Source: Nitrospirota bacterium (GTDB lineage: Bacteria > UBA2233). From it: DNA of 64,000 nucleotides. Below, in pieces: positions 1-10,150 of this stretch. Each line of letters opens with the position of its first letter. Position 1 is the stretch's first letter. The stretch covers positions 151,976 to 215,975 of the forward strand of contig WOZJ01000050.1 of assembly GCA_011620345.1 (NCBI GenBank). The letters are read 5' to 3'. The notes beneath the pieces are model-generated. The model was not told the origin of the DNA. It worked only from the letters and a program-made list of their open reading frames with translations, and did no database searches. A program made the position numbers and the translations under genes.

Positions 1-252
1 CTTCAAGATATGGACGAGGCGTTGGCCCTAGCCTTAAGCTCCGTTGGGGTTGAAACACTCGATGATCTCTCCAAGATGGGTGAAAACCAATTTGAGAAGC
101 TACCCCCGGATGTGGATCGGGGACTTGCATCTACGCTTAAGCGTCGGGCAAAAGAGCTCTTATCTCCTGCATCGTTCAGGTCGGCAACAAAAGAAAATCA
201 AGAAACGGAAAGTCTAGCCCAAGTTACGGAAGGGGCTGGCGCAAACGGGTAA
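1..252 (+). CDS. nusA: Transcription factor NusA, C-terminal HhH/acidic-repeat part (5' truncated by window)
   Basis: Frame open from base 1; ALALSSVGVETLDDLS resembles a NusA AR repeat; directly upstream of infB. Confidence 0.8.
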   Translation, partial: LQDMDEALALALSSVGVETLDDLSKMGENQFEKLPPDVDRGLASTLKRRAKELLSPASFRSATKENQETESLAQVTEGAGANG

Positions 253-260
253 AGGTCTCT

Positions 261-2828
261 ATGGCAAAGTCTAGGCTCTATGAGTTCGCGAAGGCCCTTG
301 GGTTAGAGAGTAAAGAGGTCATTGCAATTGCCTCGGCGTGTGGGCTTGAGCGACGAATATCCCCCTCCTCTACGCTTGACGAGGAAGAAAAAGCGAAAAT
401 TCTGTCTTTTATCCAAGACCGAAGAGCGCCGAAGCAAGCAGAGCGTGCTTCATCCGTGGTGATTCGTAAGGCAAGGGAAACGAAACCGCCCGAGGTTATT
501 ATCGAAGGGCCCAACGGGGAGTCTTCTTCTGAAGAATCCCGGCCGGCCCCTAAAGAGGCCACCCCTCAGAGCACGTCGTTACCTGAAGATAAGGATGCCG
601 GCGTTTGGGCCTCAAAGGAGGCAGAACCAAGCTTGGAGTTGGAGCCTAGCCCAACCGTTGAAGGCGAAGAGGCTGCGCCCAATGAGGCCTTGGTCAAAGA
701 AGATCTCTCCATCCATATTACTGTCCCTCAAGAACCCGAGCCTGAAAGTCAGACAAAGCAGGTCATGGAAGAGCCCAAGGAGGCGGAGGTTTCCGAACCG
801 GAAAAGCCGGTAAAGGAAGAAGAGAAGAAGAAGGAGAAGTGGGTTGACCTTAAGAAGGAGGCACCCAAAGATCATCCCGGAAAAGCCAAGAAACGCGTAA
901 GGGAAGTAAAAGAAAAAGACGACGTTCAGTTAATCCTTGAAAAACCTCTTGAAGATGAGGCGGTAGGAGAGGTCAAGCCCGCGGAGATCCTCCCAAGTCC
1001 AAAACCTATAAAAAGGGCAAAGATTGACGAGGCAAGGAGGCGCCCTTCAAGCCTTCCTCCGTCCGCCCAGAAGAGGGTCGTTCGAATGGAAGGCACGCTT
1101 ACAGTAGGAGAAATGGCCAAACAAATGGGGGTCAAGGCCTCCGAGTTGATTCGCAAGCTGATTGAGCTAGGAGTTATGGCAAACGTGAATCAAGCCTTGG
1201 ATCCGGATACGGCTCAGCTCATTGCGGGCGAGTTTCGATACAGCGTGGAAAACCACGAAGCGCGGTTTGACGATGCCGTTATCCTGGAAAATATTCGCCA
1301 TAAAGAAGCCAAAGAGCTTCTACGCCCCCCCGTTGTGACGATCATGGGGCACGTGGATCATGGAAAGACGACATTGCTCGACGCTATCCGTAAAAGTAGG
1401 GTCGCCGAAACGGAAGCTGGCGGAATTACGCAGCATATTGGTGCTTATACCGTTGACACGAGGGGGGGGCGGATTACGTTCCTGGATACCCCTGGCCACG
1501 AGGCCTTTACAGCGATGAGGGCCCGTGGGGCCAGGGTCACGGATATTGCCGTGCTTGTCGTGGCTGCGGATGATGGGATCATGCCCCAGACGATAGAAGC
1601 CATCAACCACGCAAAGGCAGCTAAGGTACCGATTATTGTCGCGATCAATAAGGTCGACAAGGCGAATGCGAACCCTGACCGGGTTAAGCAAAGCTTAACC
1701 GATTATGGGCTCGTTCCAGACGATTGGGGCGGAAATACGGTAGTTGTCCCTCTTTCGGCCAAAACAGGCGAGGGGTTGGATGGGCTTTTAGAGTTGCTTC
1801 TCCTTCAGACCGAATTGCTCGAATTAAAAGCTCGCTACGAGGGGCCTGCGGTGGGTGTCGTCATCGAATCCAAAATGGACCCGAAACGAGGGTCTATCGC
1901 GACAGTACTCGTGCAAGAGGGTACGCTTAAGGTAGGAAATTACGTTGTTGCAGGGGCGACTTTTGGCAAGGTGCGTGCGCTCCTTTCGGACAAGGGACAA
2001 AGGATAAGCGAAGCTACTCCATCTGTTCCCGTCGAGATCCTTGGGCTGCCACAGGTGCCCCAAGCCGGAGAATTTATTTTTGTCATGCCGGACGAGCGCG
2101 AGGCTAGGCGAATTGCTGGAAAGCGGCTCGACTACCAAAAGGCGCAGGAGTTTTCCGCCGTTTCGAAGAAAGTCACGCTAGAAGACCTCTACGAAAAGAT
2201 CCAGAAAGGGGAGATAGAAGAGCTTAACCTCGTCTTAAAGGCAGATACGGATGGAGCTGTCGAGGCGCTTAAGAAGAGCCTTACGCCTATCTCACACGAG
2301 AAGGTCCAGCTCAACCTCGTCCATGCAGCCGTAGGAAACATCTCCGAATCGGACGTGATGTTGGCCTCTGCTTCGAATGCGCTAGTTATAGGGTTTAACG
2401 TGAAACCCGAAAAGAAGGTTCTCGACCTTGCCCAGAGGGAGAAGGTAAGCGTCCGCGTGTACAGCATCATCTACGAGCTACTCGAGGACTTAAGGCAGGC
2501 AGTCGTGGGCAAGCTTAAGCCCGAGATCAAAGAGGTGATACTAGGTCAGGCGGAGATTCGGCAGGTCTTTCGTGTCACGAAGATGGGCAACGTGGCCGGA
2601 TCGTACGTGACAAAAGGGAAGCTTCTTCGAAGCGCCATGGCAAGACTCATTAGGGAAGGGACTATCGTTGCTGAGGGCAAGATCGGTTCCCTTAAGCGCT
2701 TCAAGGAGGATGTACGAGAAGTTGCCCAAGGCTACGATTGCGGCGTGAGCCTAGAGGGATTTGATGATTATAAGGAAGGCGATGTTATCGAGGCCTATGC
2801 ACTCGAAGAGCAGGCGGTAACGGCTTAA
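261..2828 (+). CDS. infB: Translation initiation factor IF-2
   Basis: [28 protein letters not shown] and NKVD G-motifs; C-terminal [17 protein letters not shown]. Confidence 0.99.
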   Translation: MAKSRLYEFAKALGLESKEVIAIASACGLERRISPSSTLDEEEKAKILSFIQDRRAPKQAERASSVVIRKARETKPPEVIIEGPNGESSSEESRPAPKEATPQSTSLPEDKDAGVWASKEAEPSLELEPSPTVEGEEAAPNEALVKEDLSIHITVPQEPEPESQTKQVMEEPKEAEVSEPEKPVKEEEKKKEKWVDLKKEAPKDHPGKAKKRVREVKEKDDVQLILEKPLEDEAVGEVKPAEILPSPKPIKRAKIDEARRRPSSLPPSAQKRVVRMEGTLTVGEMAKQMGVKASELIRKLIELGVMANVNQALDPDTAQLIAGEFRYSVENHEARFDDAVILENIRHKEAKELLRPPVVTIMGHVDHGKTTLLDAIRKSRVAETEAGGITQHIGAYTVDTRGGRITFLDTPGHEAFTAMRARGARVTDIAVLVVAADDGIMPQTIEAINHAKAAKVPIIVAINKVDKANANPDRVKQSLTDYGLVPDDWGGNTVVVPLSAKTGEGLDGLLELLLLQTELLELKARYEGPAVGVVIESKMDPKRGSIATVLVQEGTLKVGNYVVAGATFGKVRALLSDKGQRISEATPSVPVEILGLPQVPQAGEFIFVMPDEREARRIAGKRLDYQKAQEFSAVSKKVTLEDLYEKIQKGEIEELNLVLKADTDGAVEALKKSLTPISHEKVQLNLVHAAVGNISESDVMLASASNALVIGFNVKPEKKVLDLAQREKVSVRVYSIIYELLEDLRQAVVGKLKPEIKEVILGQAEIRQVFRVTKMGNVAGSYVTKGKLLRSAMARLIREGTIVAEGKIGSLKRFKEDVREVAQGYDCGVSLEGFDDYKEGDVIEAYALEEQAVTA

Positions 2829-2832
2829 GGCC

Positions 2833-3165
2833 ATGGTCGTCGTTGTTTGTAGGGCCAGGTTCCTTATCCCCTACAAGCCGTCCTTAAAAGACAAGCGCAG
2901 CTTCGCCCAAGCTATTGTCGCAAGGCTTAAGAGCCGTTACAACTTGGCTGTCTCTGAGGTGGATGAACTCGACAATCACGAAGTGCTGACTCTTGGGTTC
3001 TCTGCAGTAGGCCGGGAGGTTCGCGCGCTTCAAAGGGTTCTCCAAGGGGGAGTCTCCTATATCGAGAGTCAATTCGGAATAGAGTGCCTGGAAGACAGGC
3101 AAGAAATTCTGACATACTCCCAAAACACTCCGTTTTCGACGGGGTGGGAAGAAAAATACTCCTAA
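2833..3165 (+). CDS. DUF503 (YlxP-like) protein
   Basis: SLKDKR..RYNLAVSEVD..D.H motif; conserved position between infB and rbfA. Confidence 0.88.
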   Translation: MVVVVCRARFLIPYKPSLKDKRSFAQAIVARLKSRYNLAVSEVDELDNHEVLTLGFSAVGREVRALQRVLQGGVSYIESQFGIECLEDRQEILTYSQNTPFSTGWEEKYS

Positions 3166-3175
3166 GGGGATTGGG

Positions 3176-3517
3176 ATGCATCGAGCCCAACGCGTATCTT
3201 CACTCTTGAAAGAGGAGGTCTCTTGGATTATCGAGCGTGAGCTGAAAGATCCAGAGGTCAGCATGGTAACGATTGTAGAAGTAGAGCTCAGTAAAGACTT
3301 CCGGCTGGCACGCGTTTACTTTAGCTCCCTGGCTTCAGATGAACAGGCTACAGCCGAGCTTAAGGCGCTTAACAAGGCAAGCCCATTCATCCGAAAGCTT
3401 CTTTACAGGCGTCTAGATTTAAAGATTATTCCCGAACTCAGCTTCGAAAGGGACACGGCTTTTGAGTACGCTCGAAGGATTGAAGCGCTTCTTGCCAGAA
3501 TACATGAGAATCAGTAA
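3176..3517 (+). CDS. rbfA: Ribosome-binding factor A
   Basis: R..RV...KDP..VT..VELSKD.R.ARVY, IPELSF..D. Confidence 0.97.
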   Translation: MHRAQRVSSLLKEEVSWIIERELKDPEVSMVTIVEVELSKDFRLARVYFSSLASDEQATAELKALNKASPFIRKLLYRRLDLKIIPELSFERDTAFEYARRIEALLARIHENQ

Positions 3518-4493
3518 CTTTGAAGCCGAGATGGGAGCGATAGCTCTTGCCTTTTCCAAGGCGGAGCGTGCGCTTATAACGTCTCACGTTTCTCCCGAGG
3601 CGGATAACGTAGGCTCGTGTCTTGCAATTGCGCACACGTTTCGCGCCCTCGGAAAGAATGCAAAGGTGTGGCTTAGGGACGGAGTTCCAGACTATCTGAA
3701 GTTCCTTCCTGGTGCTGAGGATGTTTCTTCTGGCCCGTTTGCGCTCGAATATCCATACGACCTTCTGATTGTTGTAGACTGCGGGGACTTTGAACGCATT
3801 GGAGAGGCCAAGGAAAGGCCGCAAAAGGGTGCTTCGTGCGTTGTGAATATCGACCACCACGCAACCAATACTCGCTTTGGTGATATCAATTGGATCGACC
3901 CAGAAGCAGCGGCAACGGGCGAGATGGTATATTTGTTGCTTCGAAGGCTCTGCTTTGAAGCTTCTCCAGAGGTAGCCAGTTGCCTATTGGCCGCAATCAG
4001 CGCAGACACCGGGTCGTTTAAGTACAGCAACACTACAGCCCGTACGTTTTTTATTGCCTCGGAGCTCGTTCGGATGGGCGCCAAACCAGAAAAAGTGGGC
4101 ATGGCGCTGCACAGCCACTATCCTAAGGAAAAGATTTTTCTAATGGGCAAGGTATTCGCTACGCTTGAGCTGTTTGGTAAAGAAAAAATATCAACAATCT
4201 CTGTATTTCAAGAAATGCTCAAGAGTTGTGGCGCAAAACAGGAGCATACCGAAGGGTTTGTAGAGATACTCCGCGGAATCCCTGGAGTAGAGGTTGCCTG
4301 CCTTTTTCGTGAGCTTGGGCCTAACAGAACCAAAGTATCGCTACGCTCAAACGGCACACTGGATGTGGCCTCCGTATGCGGTGCCTTTGGAGGTGGAGGA
4401 CATAAGATGGCCGCTGGAGCCGTTTTCGATGGCCCCCTGCAGGAAGCCAAGGAACGCGTCGTTCATCGTCTCCTTCAAGACATTTGCGTATAG
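3504..4493 (+). CDS. nrnA: DHH/DHHA1 phosphoesterase (NrnA-like oligoribonuclease/pAp phosphatase)
   Basis: NIDHH, DTGSF, SLRS, GGGGHKMAAG; rbfA-DHH-truB synteny; ATG 3504 chosen as start. Confidence 0.92.
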   Translation: MRISNFEAEMGAIALAFSKAERALITSHVSPEADNVGSCLAIAHTFRALGKNAKVWLRDGVPDYLKFLPGAEDVSSGPFALEYPYDLLIVVDCGDFERIGEAKERPQKGASCVVNIDHHATNTRFGDINWIDPEAAATGEMVYLLLRRLCFEASPEVASCLLAAISADTGSFKYSNTTARTFFIASELVRMGAKPEKVGMALHSHYPKEKIFLMGKVFATLELFGKEKISTISVFQEMLKSCGAKQEHTEGFVEILRGIPGVEVACLFRELGPNRTKVSLRSNGTLDVASVCGAFGGGGHKMAAGAVFDGPLQEAKERVVHRLLQDICV

Positions 4494-4498
4494 CCGCT

Positions 4499-5449
4499 AT
4501 GAATGGTGTTCTTGTAGTAGACAAGCCTGAAGGCGTTACGTCGTTTGATGTCTTGAATCGTGTCAAGAGAATGGTCGGAGCCAAAAAGGCCGGACATACA
4601 GGCATCCTTGATGCGTTTGCGGGTGGTGTCCTTCCTGTTTTTTTTGAGGAAGCCACAAAGCTCATTCCTTACATCCAAGACGGGAGCAGGACATACGAAG
4701 CTCTGGTAACCTTGGGTGTCGAAACGGACACCCTTGACCAAAAAGGCGACATTTTGGCTCATGCAGATGTTCCTGCTGTCGATAAAAGGTCCATCGAAGA
4801 GGTTTTGCGCTCGTTTTGCGGAGAAACATGGCAGGTTCCGCCCAAGTTTTGCGCAAAAAAAATTCACGGCAAGCGCGCTTCAGACTTGGCTCGCAAGGGC
4901 GTGGAGGTAGAGCTGAACCCCGTAAAAGTTTTTATCCGGGCCATTGAACTTTTGGACGTATCGCTGCCGAACCTCACGATCCGCGTCTATTGCCACAAGG
5001 GGACTTATATTCGGAGCCTTGCGAGGGATATAGGCCGCAAGATTGGAACCTTGGCCATGCTTAAGTCTCTTGTGCGAACCCAGTGTGGCCCTTTTGTCCT
5101 ATCCGAAGCGGCCTCGCCGAGCGCGATGGGGTTGGAAGGGTCGAGCGCACTCCAGGGTCGTGTCCTGCCTATCGAAACGTTCGCTCGCAGGCTTTTTCCG
5201 GATGTTATGGTAACGCCCCGGGGCGCAAGAAGATTTTTTCAAGGAGAGCGGGTTGCGTTTGAAGATGTGGATTTAAGCAACCTCGACGGTGTTAGGGTGG
5301 AAAAAGAGGGGATGGTAAGCGTCTTTGAGAGCCATCACCGGCTTCGGCTGATCGGAGTTGGCCAGGCCGTCGTTCCGCTCGAACGAAATGCCCGCCTATG
5401 GCCTGGCTTGGGAGTGCTCCAGCCCTCCCGTGTTATTTTTATGTCTTGA
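4499..5449 (+). CDS. truB: tRNA pseudouridine(55) synthase
   Basis: [20 protein letters not shown] motif, [13 protein letters not shown]; ATG 4499. Confidence 0.96.
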   Translation: MNGVLVVDKPEGVTSFDVLNRVKRMVGAKKAGHTGILDAFAGGVLPVFFEEATKLIPYIQDGSRTYEALVTLGVETDTLDQKGDILAHADVPAVDKRSIEEVLRSFCGETWQVPPKFCAKKIHGKRASDLARKGVEVELNPVKVFIRAIELLDVSLPNLTIRVYCHKGTYIRSLARDIGRKIGTLAMLKSLVRTQCGPFVLSEAASPSAMGLEGSSALQGRVLPIETFARRLFPDVMVTPRGARRFFQGERVAFEDVDLSNLDGVRVEKEGMVSVFESHHRLRLIGVGQAVVPLERNARLWPGLGVLQPSRVIFMS

Positions 5450-5484
5450 TCGATATATGGAATGCAACAAAAAGGAGGGTTTGT

Positions 5485-5754
5485 ATGGAAAAGCGTAGCG
5501 TTGATGTAGCCGGGTTAATCCGGTCGTTTGGCCTGCATGAACGGGATACGGGCTCTCCCGAGGTTCAAGTCGCGATTCTTTCAAAGCGGATTGGATCGCT
5601 AAGCGGGCATTTTAAGCTCCACAAGAAGGATAACCACTCCAAGGTCGGGCTCTTTCGGATGGTTTCCAGGCGGAAAGGGCTGCTCGATTACCTGAAGAGA
5701 AAGAGTCCGGAGCGTTACCAAAGGCTGATTGAGGCGCTAGGGTTGCGGAGATAG
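5485..5754 (+). CDS. rpsO: 30S ribosomal protein S15
   Basis: [20 protein letters not shown]; SD AGGAGG before ATG 5485. Confidence 0.98.
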   Translation: MEKRSVDVAGLIRSFGLHERDTGSPEVQVAILSKRIGSLSGHFKLHKKDNHSKVGLFRMVSRRKGLLDYLKRKSPERYQRLIEALGLRR

Positions 5755-5788
5755 CAATATAAAGGACAATCGGAGATTAATAAGAAGC

Positions 5789-7900
5789 ATGGAACGAATC
5801 GTTGTAAGCACGAATTTTGGAGATGCTCCGCTATCGCTTGAGCTAGGCGGTGTAGCACGCCAGGCCTCTGGAGCTTGTTTGGCCCGCCATGGAGACAGCG
5901 TAGTCTTGGCCACTTGTTGTGTGGCCCAGGAGCCAAGAGAAGGCGGAGACTTTATCCCCTTAACCGTTGATTACGTCCAGATGACGTATGCGGCAGGAAA
6001 GATCCCAGGGGGGTTTTTTAAGAGAGAAGGGAGGCCCACAGAGCGGGAGGTTCTTTCTTCTAGATTTATTGACCGCTCGATCCGACCGCTTATTCCCAAA
6101 GGGTTCAACCGAGATATTCAGATTATCGTGACGGTTCTTTCTTCAGATTTGGTGCACGACACTGGCGTGCTTGCGATGATCGCCGCGTCATGCGCCGTCC
6201 ATATTTCAGAGGTGCCTTTTACCGGGCCTATCGCAGGGGTACGTGTTGGCTACGACGGGAATACGTTTTCCCTGAACCCTCCCTCTCTCGAGTCTGCCAA
6301 AAACAGCGACGCTGAAGCCAAAGAGAACGGCACTGCCATGGATATGGTGGTGGCTAGTACACAAAACGCCGTCATCATGGTTGAAGGGGGAATGCTCGAG
6401 CTCGAGGAGGAGGCGGTTCTCCAGGGCATATTGTTTGGCTATGAGCAAGGGCGTGGCGTAATCGAGATTCAGGAGGAGGTTAGAAAAAAAGCGGGCAAAC
6501 CAAAACTCGCCTTCGAGCCGCCGGACCTTCCCGAAGAAGTAAAGAATCTGTTGTCCAACGAGGGAACGGCCCTTTTGACAGAGGCCCTATCGATCCCGGA
6601 GAAGAAGGCCAGAAACCAAAGGCTATACGAGGTTCGGGCTCGACTCATGGAGCTGCTCGGCGACGATACCCAAGCAAAAAGGCTTTCTCAGCCTTATCTG
6701 TTCGAGCTCGAGCGCCATATTATGCGCAAGAAGGTCCTTGAGGACGGCATACGGATCGACAACAGAGAACCTAAAGGCATCCGAAACATCACAATCGAGG
6801 TGCCATTCTTGCCCCGTACGCATGGTAGCGCGCTATTTACCCGTGGCGAAACCCAGGCACTTGTGACGGTCACGCTTGGAACCTGGGTAGACGAGCAAAA
6901 GATTGAGCTGCTAGAGGGCGACCAGTATAAGAAATTCATGCTCCATTATAATTTCCCTCCGTTCAGCGTCGGGGAGGTTAAATTTTTAAGGTCTCCCTCA
7001 CGCAGAGAAGTCGGCCATGGTCACCTTGCAGAACGCGCGCTTAGTGGCGTCGTTCCGGGTGATGAACAGTTTCCTTATACGATAAGGGTTGTTTCGGACA
7101 TTTTTGAGTCCAACGGATCGTCCTCGATGGCTACCGTGTGCGGAGCAAGCCTAGCCCTGATGGATGCCGGTGTCCCGATAAGCGCCGCTGTCGCCGGGAT
7201 TGCAATGGGGCTAATCAAGGAAGGAGACGATGTCGTCATCCTCTCGGACATCTTAGGAGACGAGGACCATTTGGGCGATATGGATTTCAAGGTTGCCGGA
7301 ACCCGGAAAGGAATCACGGCCTTTCAAATGGATACCAAGATCAAGGGTGTGGATGCTGAAATCCTAAGAAAAGCCCTATTGCAAGCCAAAGAAGGCCGTC
7401 TGCATATCTTGGGTATCATGGAACATAGCATTCAAGGACCGAGAGAAGAGATTTCACTCTACGCCCCGAGGATTGTTACGCTCCAGATTAAACCCGAGAA
7501 GATTCGCGAAGTTATCGGCCCAGGCGGAAAGATGATCAAGCACATCGTCGACAAGACGAAGGCCAAGATCTTTATCGACGATTCCGGTACCGTAAACATA
7601 GCCTCTGTTGACAAAGAAGCGTGCGATGAGGCCATCCGGATGATCCAGGAGATCGTGAGAGAGCCGGAGGTTGGCCAGGTCTACATGGGGAAGGTTAAGA
7701 GCGTCGTGGATTTTGGCGCGTTTGTCGAGATCATGCCTGGAATTGTGGGGCTTTTGCATATCTCTCAGATCTCGAACGAAAGAGTCCACAACATCCACGA
7801 CAGGCTAAAGGAGGGGGACGAGCTCCTTGTCAAAGTCCTGGAAGTTGATAGGGGAGGGAAAATTCGCCTTTCTCATAAAGAGGCTCAGGAGACACCCTAA
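5789..7900 (+). CDS. pnp: Polyribonucleotide nucleotidyltransferase
   Basis: GKIPGGFFKREGRP, RTHGSALFTRGETQ, SNGSSSMA, GDMDFKVAG, KH and S1 domains. Confidence 0.99.
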   Translation: MERIVVSTNFGDAPLSLELGGVARQASGACLARHGDSVVLATCCVAQEPREGGDFIPLTVDYVQMTYAAGKIPGGFFKREGRPTEREVLSSRFIDRSIRPLIPKGFNRDIQIIVTVLSSDLVHDTGVLAMIAASCAVHISEVPFTGPIAGVRVGYDGNTFSLNPPSLESAKNSDAEAKENGTAMDMVVASTQNAVIMVEGGMLELEEEAVLQGILFGYEQGRGVIEIQEEVRKKAGKPKLAFEPPDLPEEVKNLLSNEGTALLTEALSIPEKKARNQRLYEVRARLMELLGDDTQAKRLSQPYLFELERHIMRKKVLEDGIRIDNREPKGIRNITIEVPFLPRTHGSALFTRGETQALVTVTLGTWVDEQKIELLEGDQYKKFMLHYNFPPFSVGEVKFLRSPSRREVGHGHLAERALSGVVPGDEQFPYTIRVVSDIFESNGSSSMATVCGASLALMDAGVPISAAVAGIAMGLIKEGDDVVILSDILGDEDHLGDMDFKVAGTRKGITAFQMDTKIKGVDAEILRKALLQAKEGRLHILGIMEHSIQGPREEISLYAPRIVTLQIKPEKIREVIGPGGKMIKHIVDKTKAKIFIDDSGTVNIASVDKEACDEAIRMIQEIVREPEVGQVYMGKVKSVVDFGAFVEIMPGIVGLLHISQISNERVHNIHDRLKEGDELLVKVLEVDRGGKIRLSHKEAQETP

Positions 7901-7933
7901 AATAATCGAGTATAGCGATAAAAGGAGCATGCG

Positions 7934-9050
7934 ATGGTTGCCATTCAAAGCCAAGAGGAGTTAGAAGGCGGGCTTGGCCAGCTTCTTGAGCGAATCCAAG
8001 CGTTAAGGGGGGGTCTTTGAGCTCGAGGCGAAAAAGATTCGCTTGAGCGAGCTAGAAGGCATGCTGGCCCAGCCCGAGACGTTTGAGAATCCTAAAAAGC
8101 TTCAGTTGTTTGGGCGAGAAAAGCGTCAGTTGGAGTTGGAGGTTTCTAGGGTCGAGCGGATCGAAGGTGAACTCAAAAGCGCCCTAGAGTTGCTAGACCT
8201 TGCCAAGGCGGAAGAGGACACCTCTTTGCTGGAGGAGATCAAGCGGCTCGTCCTACCTCTCGAACAAGACTTGGCTGCGTTTGAGATTGAAGTGCTGCTT
8301 GGAGAAGATGACGACAAGCGAAACGCCATCTTGACCGTCCAAGCAGGGTCTGGAGGAACGGATGCCATGGATTTCTGCCAAATGCTCCTTAGGATGTATG
8401 TGCGCTTCTCGGAAGAGGCGGGATTTGAGGCCGAAATCCTGGACTTACAAGAGGCCGAAGAGGCCGGTCTAAAATCGGCCACCTTTCTTGTTGCAGGAGA
8501 AAACGCTTACGGATACCTCAAGACAGAAAGAGGGGTTCACAGGCTGGTTCGGATCTCTCCGTTCGACACGAACAAGAGGCGGCATACTTCGTTCGCTTCG
8601 GTATCCGTTTACCCCGAAATCGAAGACGACATCGCCGTCGAAATTGACGAGAAAGACCTTAGGATCGATACTTTCCGGGCTTCTGGCAAGGGCGGACAGC
8701 ACATCAACAAGACAGATTCGGCCGTTCGCATTACCCATATCCAAACAGGCATCGTCGTTCAATGCCAAAACGAGCGGAGTCAGTTTAAAAACAAGGCGAT
8801 GGCCTTAAAGATTCTTAAATCTAGGCTCTACGATATTCTCAAAAAAGAGCAGGAGGTCAAGCTCTTAAGTTATAGCCAGGGTCAAAAAGAGGCGACCTTC
8901 GGGTCACAAATTCGGTCTTACGTCCTTCAGCCTTATCAGCTCGTAAAGGACCATAGGACGGACTTAGAAACTTCGGACGTCCAAGCCGTGCTCGACGGCC
9001 AGGTTTTTCCCTTCATCAAGAAGGCCCTGCTCGCAAGGGTCGGAGGATAG
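7934..9050 (+). CDS. prfB: Peptide chain release factor 2, +1 programmed frameshift at CTT TGA (8015-8020)
   Basis: ATG 7934 frame ends ...AGG GGG GGT CTT TGA; +1 frame (GAG 8019) runs into the ORF with SPF and GGQ motifs. Confidence 0.97.
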
Positions 9051-9052
9051 CT

Positions 9053-10150
9053 ATGCCTCGAAAAACCAGACCCGTCCGGCTTGGTCCGTGGATTATAGGC
9101 GCGGGAAACCCAATCCGCGTTCAAAGTATGACCACGACGGACACGAGAGATGCGGAGGCGACGCTTCGTCAAATCGAAGCGCTTGAGCGTGTTGGGTGTG
9201 AGATTGTCCGTGTTGCCGTCCCTGACCAAGAATCTGCCGTCTCGCTAGGGGCAATAAAAAAAAGGGCCAGAATTCCGCTTGTTGCCGATGTCCACTTCGA
9301 TTTCCGTCTTGCGCTCCGGTCGCTAGAAGCAGGGGTGGATGGCCTACGGGTTAACCCTGGCAACATTGGAAAAAAGGCCAATATCGCACTGCTCGCCAAG
9401 GAAGCCAAGGCGCGTGGAGTCCCTATTCGGGTTGGGGTTAACGCGGGCTCCCTAGAAAAAGACCTTTTGACTTCGCTCGGAATGAGTGCGGAAGGAATGG
9501 TCGCATCAGCCAAAAGGAGCGTGGAGCTGCTTGAAGATGTCGGGTTCACCGACATCAAGGTGTCCTTGAAGGCCTACGATGTTCCGACAACTATCCGCGC
9601 TTATCAGATTTTTGCCGCCTCCTTCGATTACCCCCTGCACCTTGGCATTACAGAAGCCGGTACCAAGTTTTCGGGTGCTATCCGGAGCGCCTGCGGCCTG
9701 GCCGTCCTCCTTTGGCATGGAATTGGTGATACGATCAGGGTCTCTTTGGCGAGCGATCCTGTAGAAGAAGTACGGGTAGGGTATAGCATCCTAAGGTCTA
9801 TGGGGCTTCGGTCGAGAGGGGTCGAGGTTGTTGCCTGTCCAACCTGCGGCCGGCTTGAAATCGACGTGGAGGAGCTCGGCAAAGAGGTGGAAGAGGCACT
9901 CGCCTTCGTGGAGCAACCGCTTAAGATTGCCGTGATGGGCTGCATAGTGAACGGCCCGGGAGAAGCAAGAGATGCCGACATTGCCGTTGTCGGAGGAAAA
10001 GACAGCGCGGTTCTCTATATTAAAGGAAAGCCGATGGCGAGGTTGCAGAAGGCGCAAATCCTGGAACGCCTAGTTCAAGAAGCAAAGGCGTTGGTTGAAA
10101 GAGGGAATATTGAAGAGAAGGTTCCAGGGGCTAAGGAGGCTCTTTCATGA
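9053..10150 (+). CDS. ispG: HMBPP synthase (GcpE/IspG)
   Basis: PIRVQSMT, ADVHF, RVNPGNIG, CPTCGR, MGCIVNGPGEA. Confidence 0.98.
   Translation: MPRKTRPVRLGPWIIGAGNPIRVQSMTTTDTRDAEATLRQIEALERVGCEIVRVAVPDQESAVSLGAIKKRARIPLVADVHFDFRLALRSLEAGVDGLRVNPGNIGKKANIALLAKEAKARGVPIRVGVNAGSLEKDLLTSLGMSAEGMVASAKRSVELLEDVGFTDIKVSLKAYDVPTTIRAYQIFAASFDYPLHLGITEAGTKFSGAIRSACGLAVLLWHGIGDTIRVSLASDPVEEVRVGYSILRSMGLRSRGVEVVACPTCGRLEIDVEELGKEVEEALAFVEQPLKIAVMGCIVNGPGEARDADIAVVGGKDSAVLYIKGKPMARLQKAQILERLVQEAKALVERGNIEEKVPGAKEALS

Noticed and set aside
7934-8042. prfB as a pseudogene or sequencing frameshift
   Set aside because: It matches the known programmed +1 frameshift cassette.
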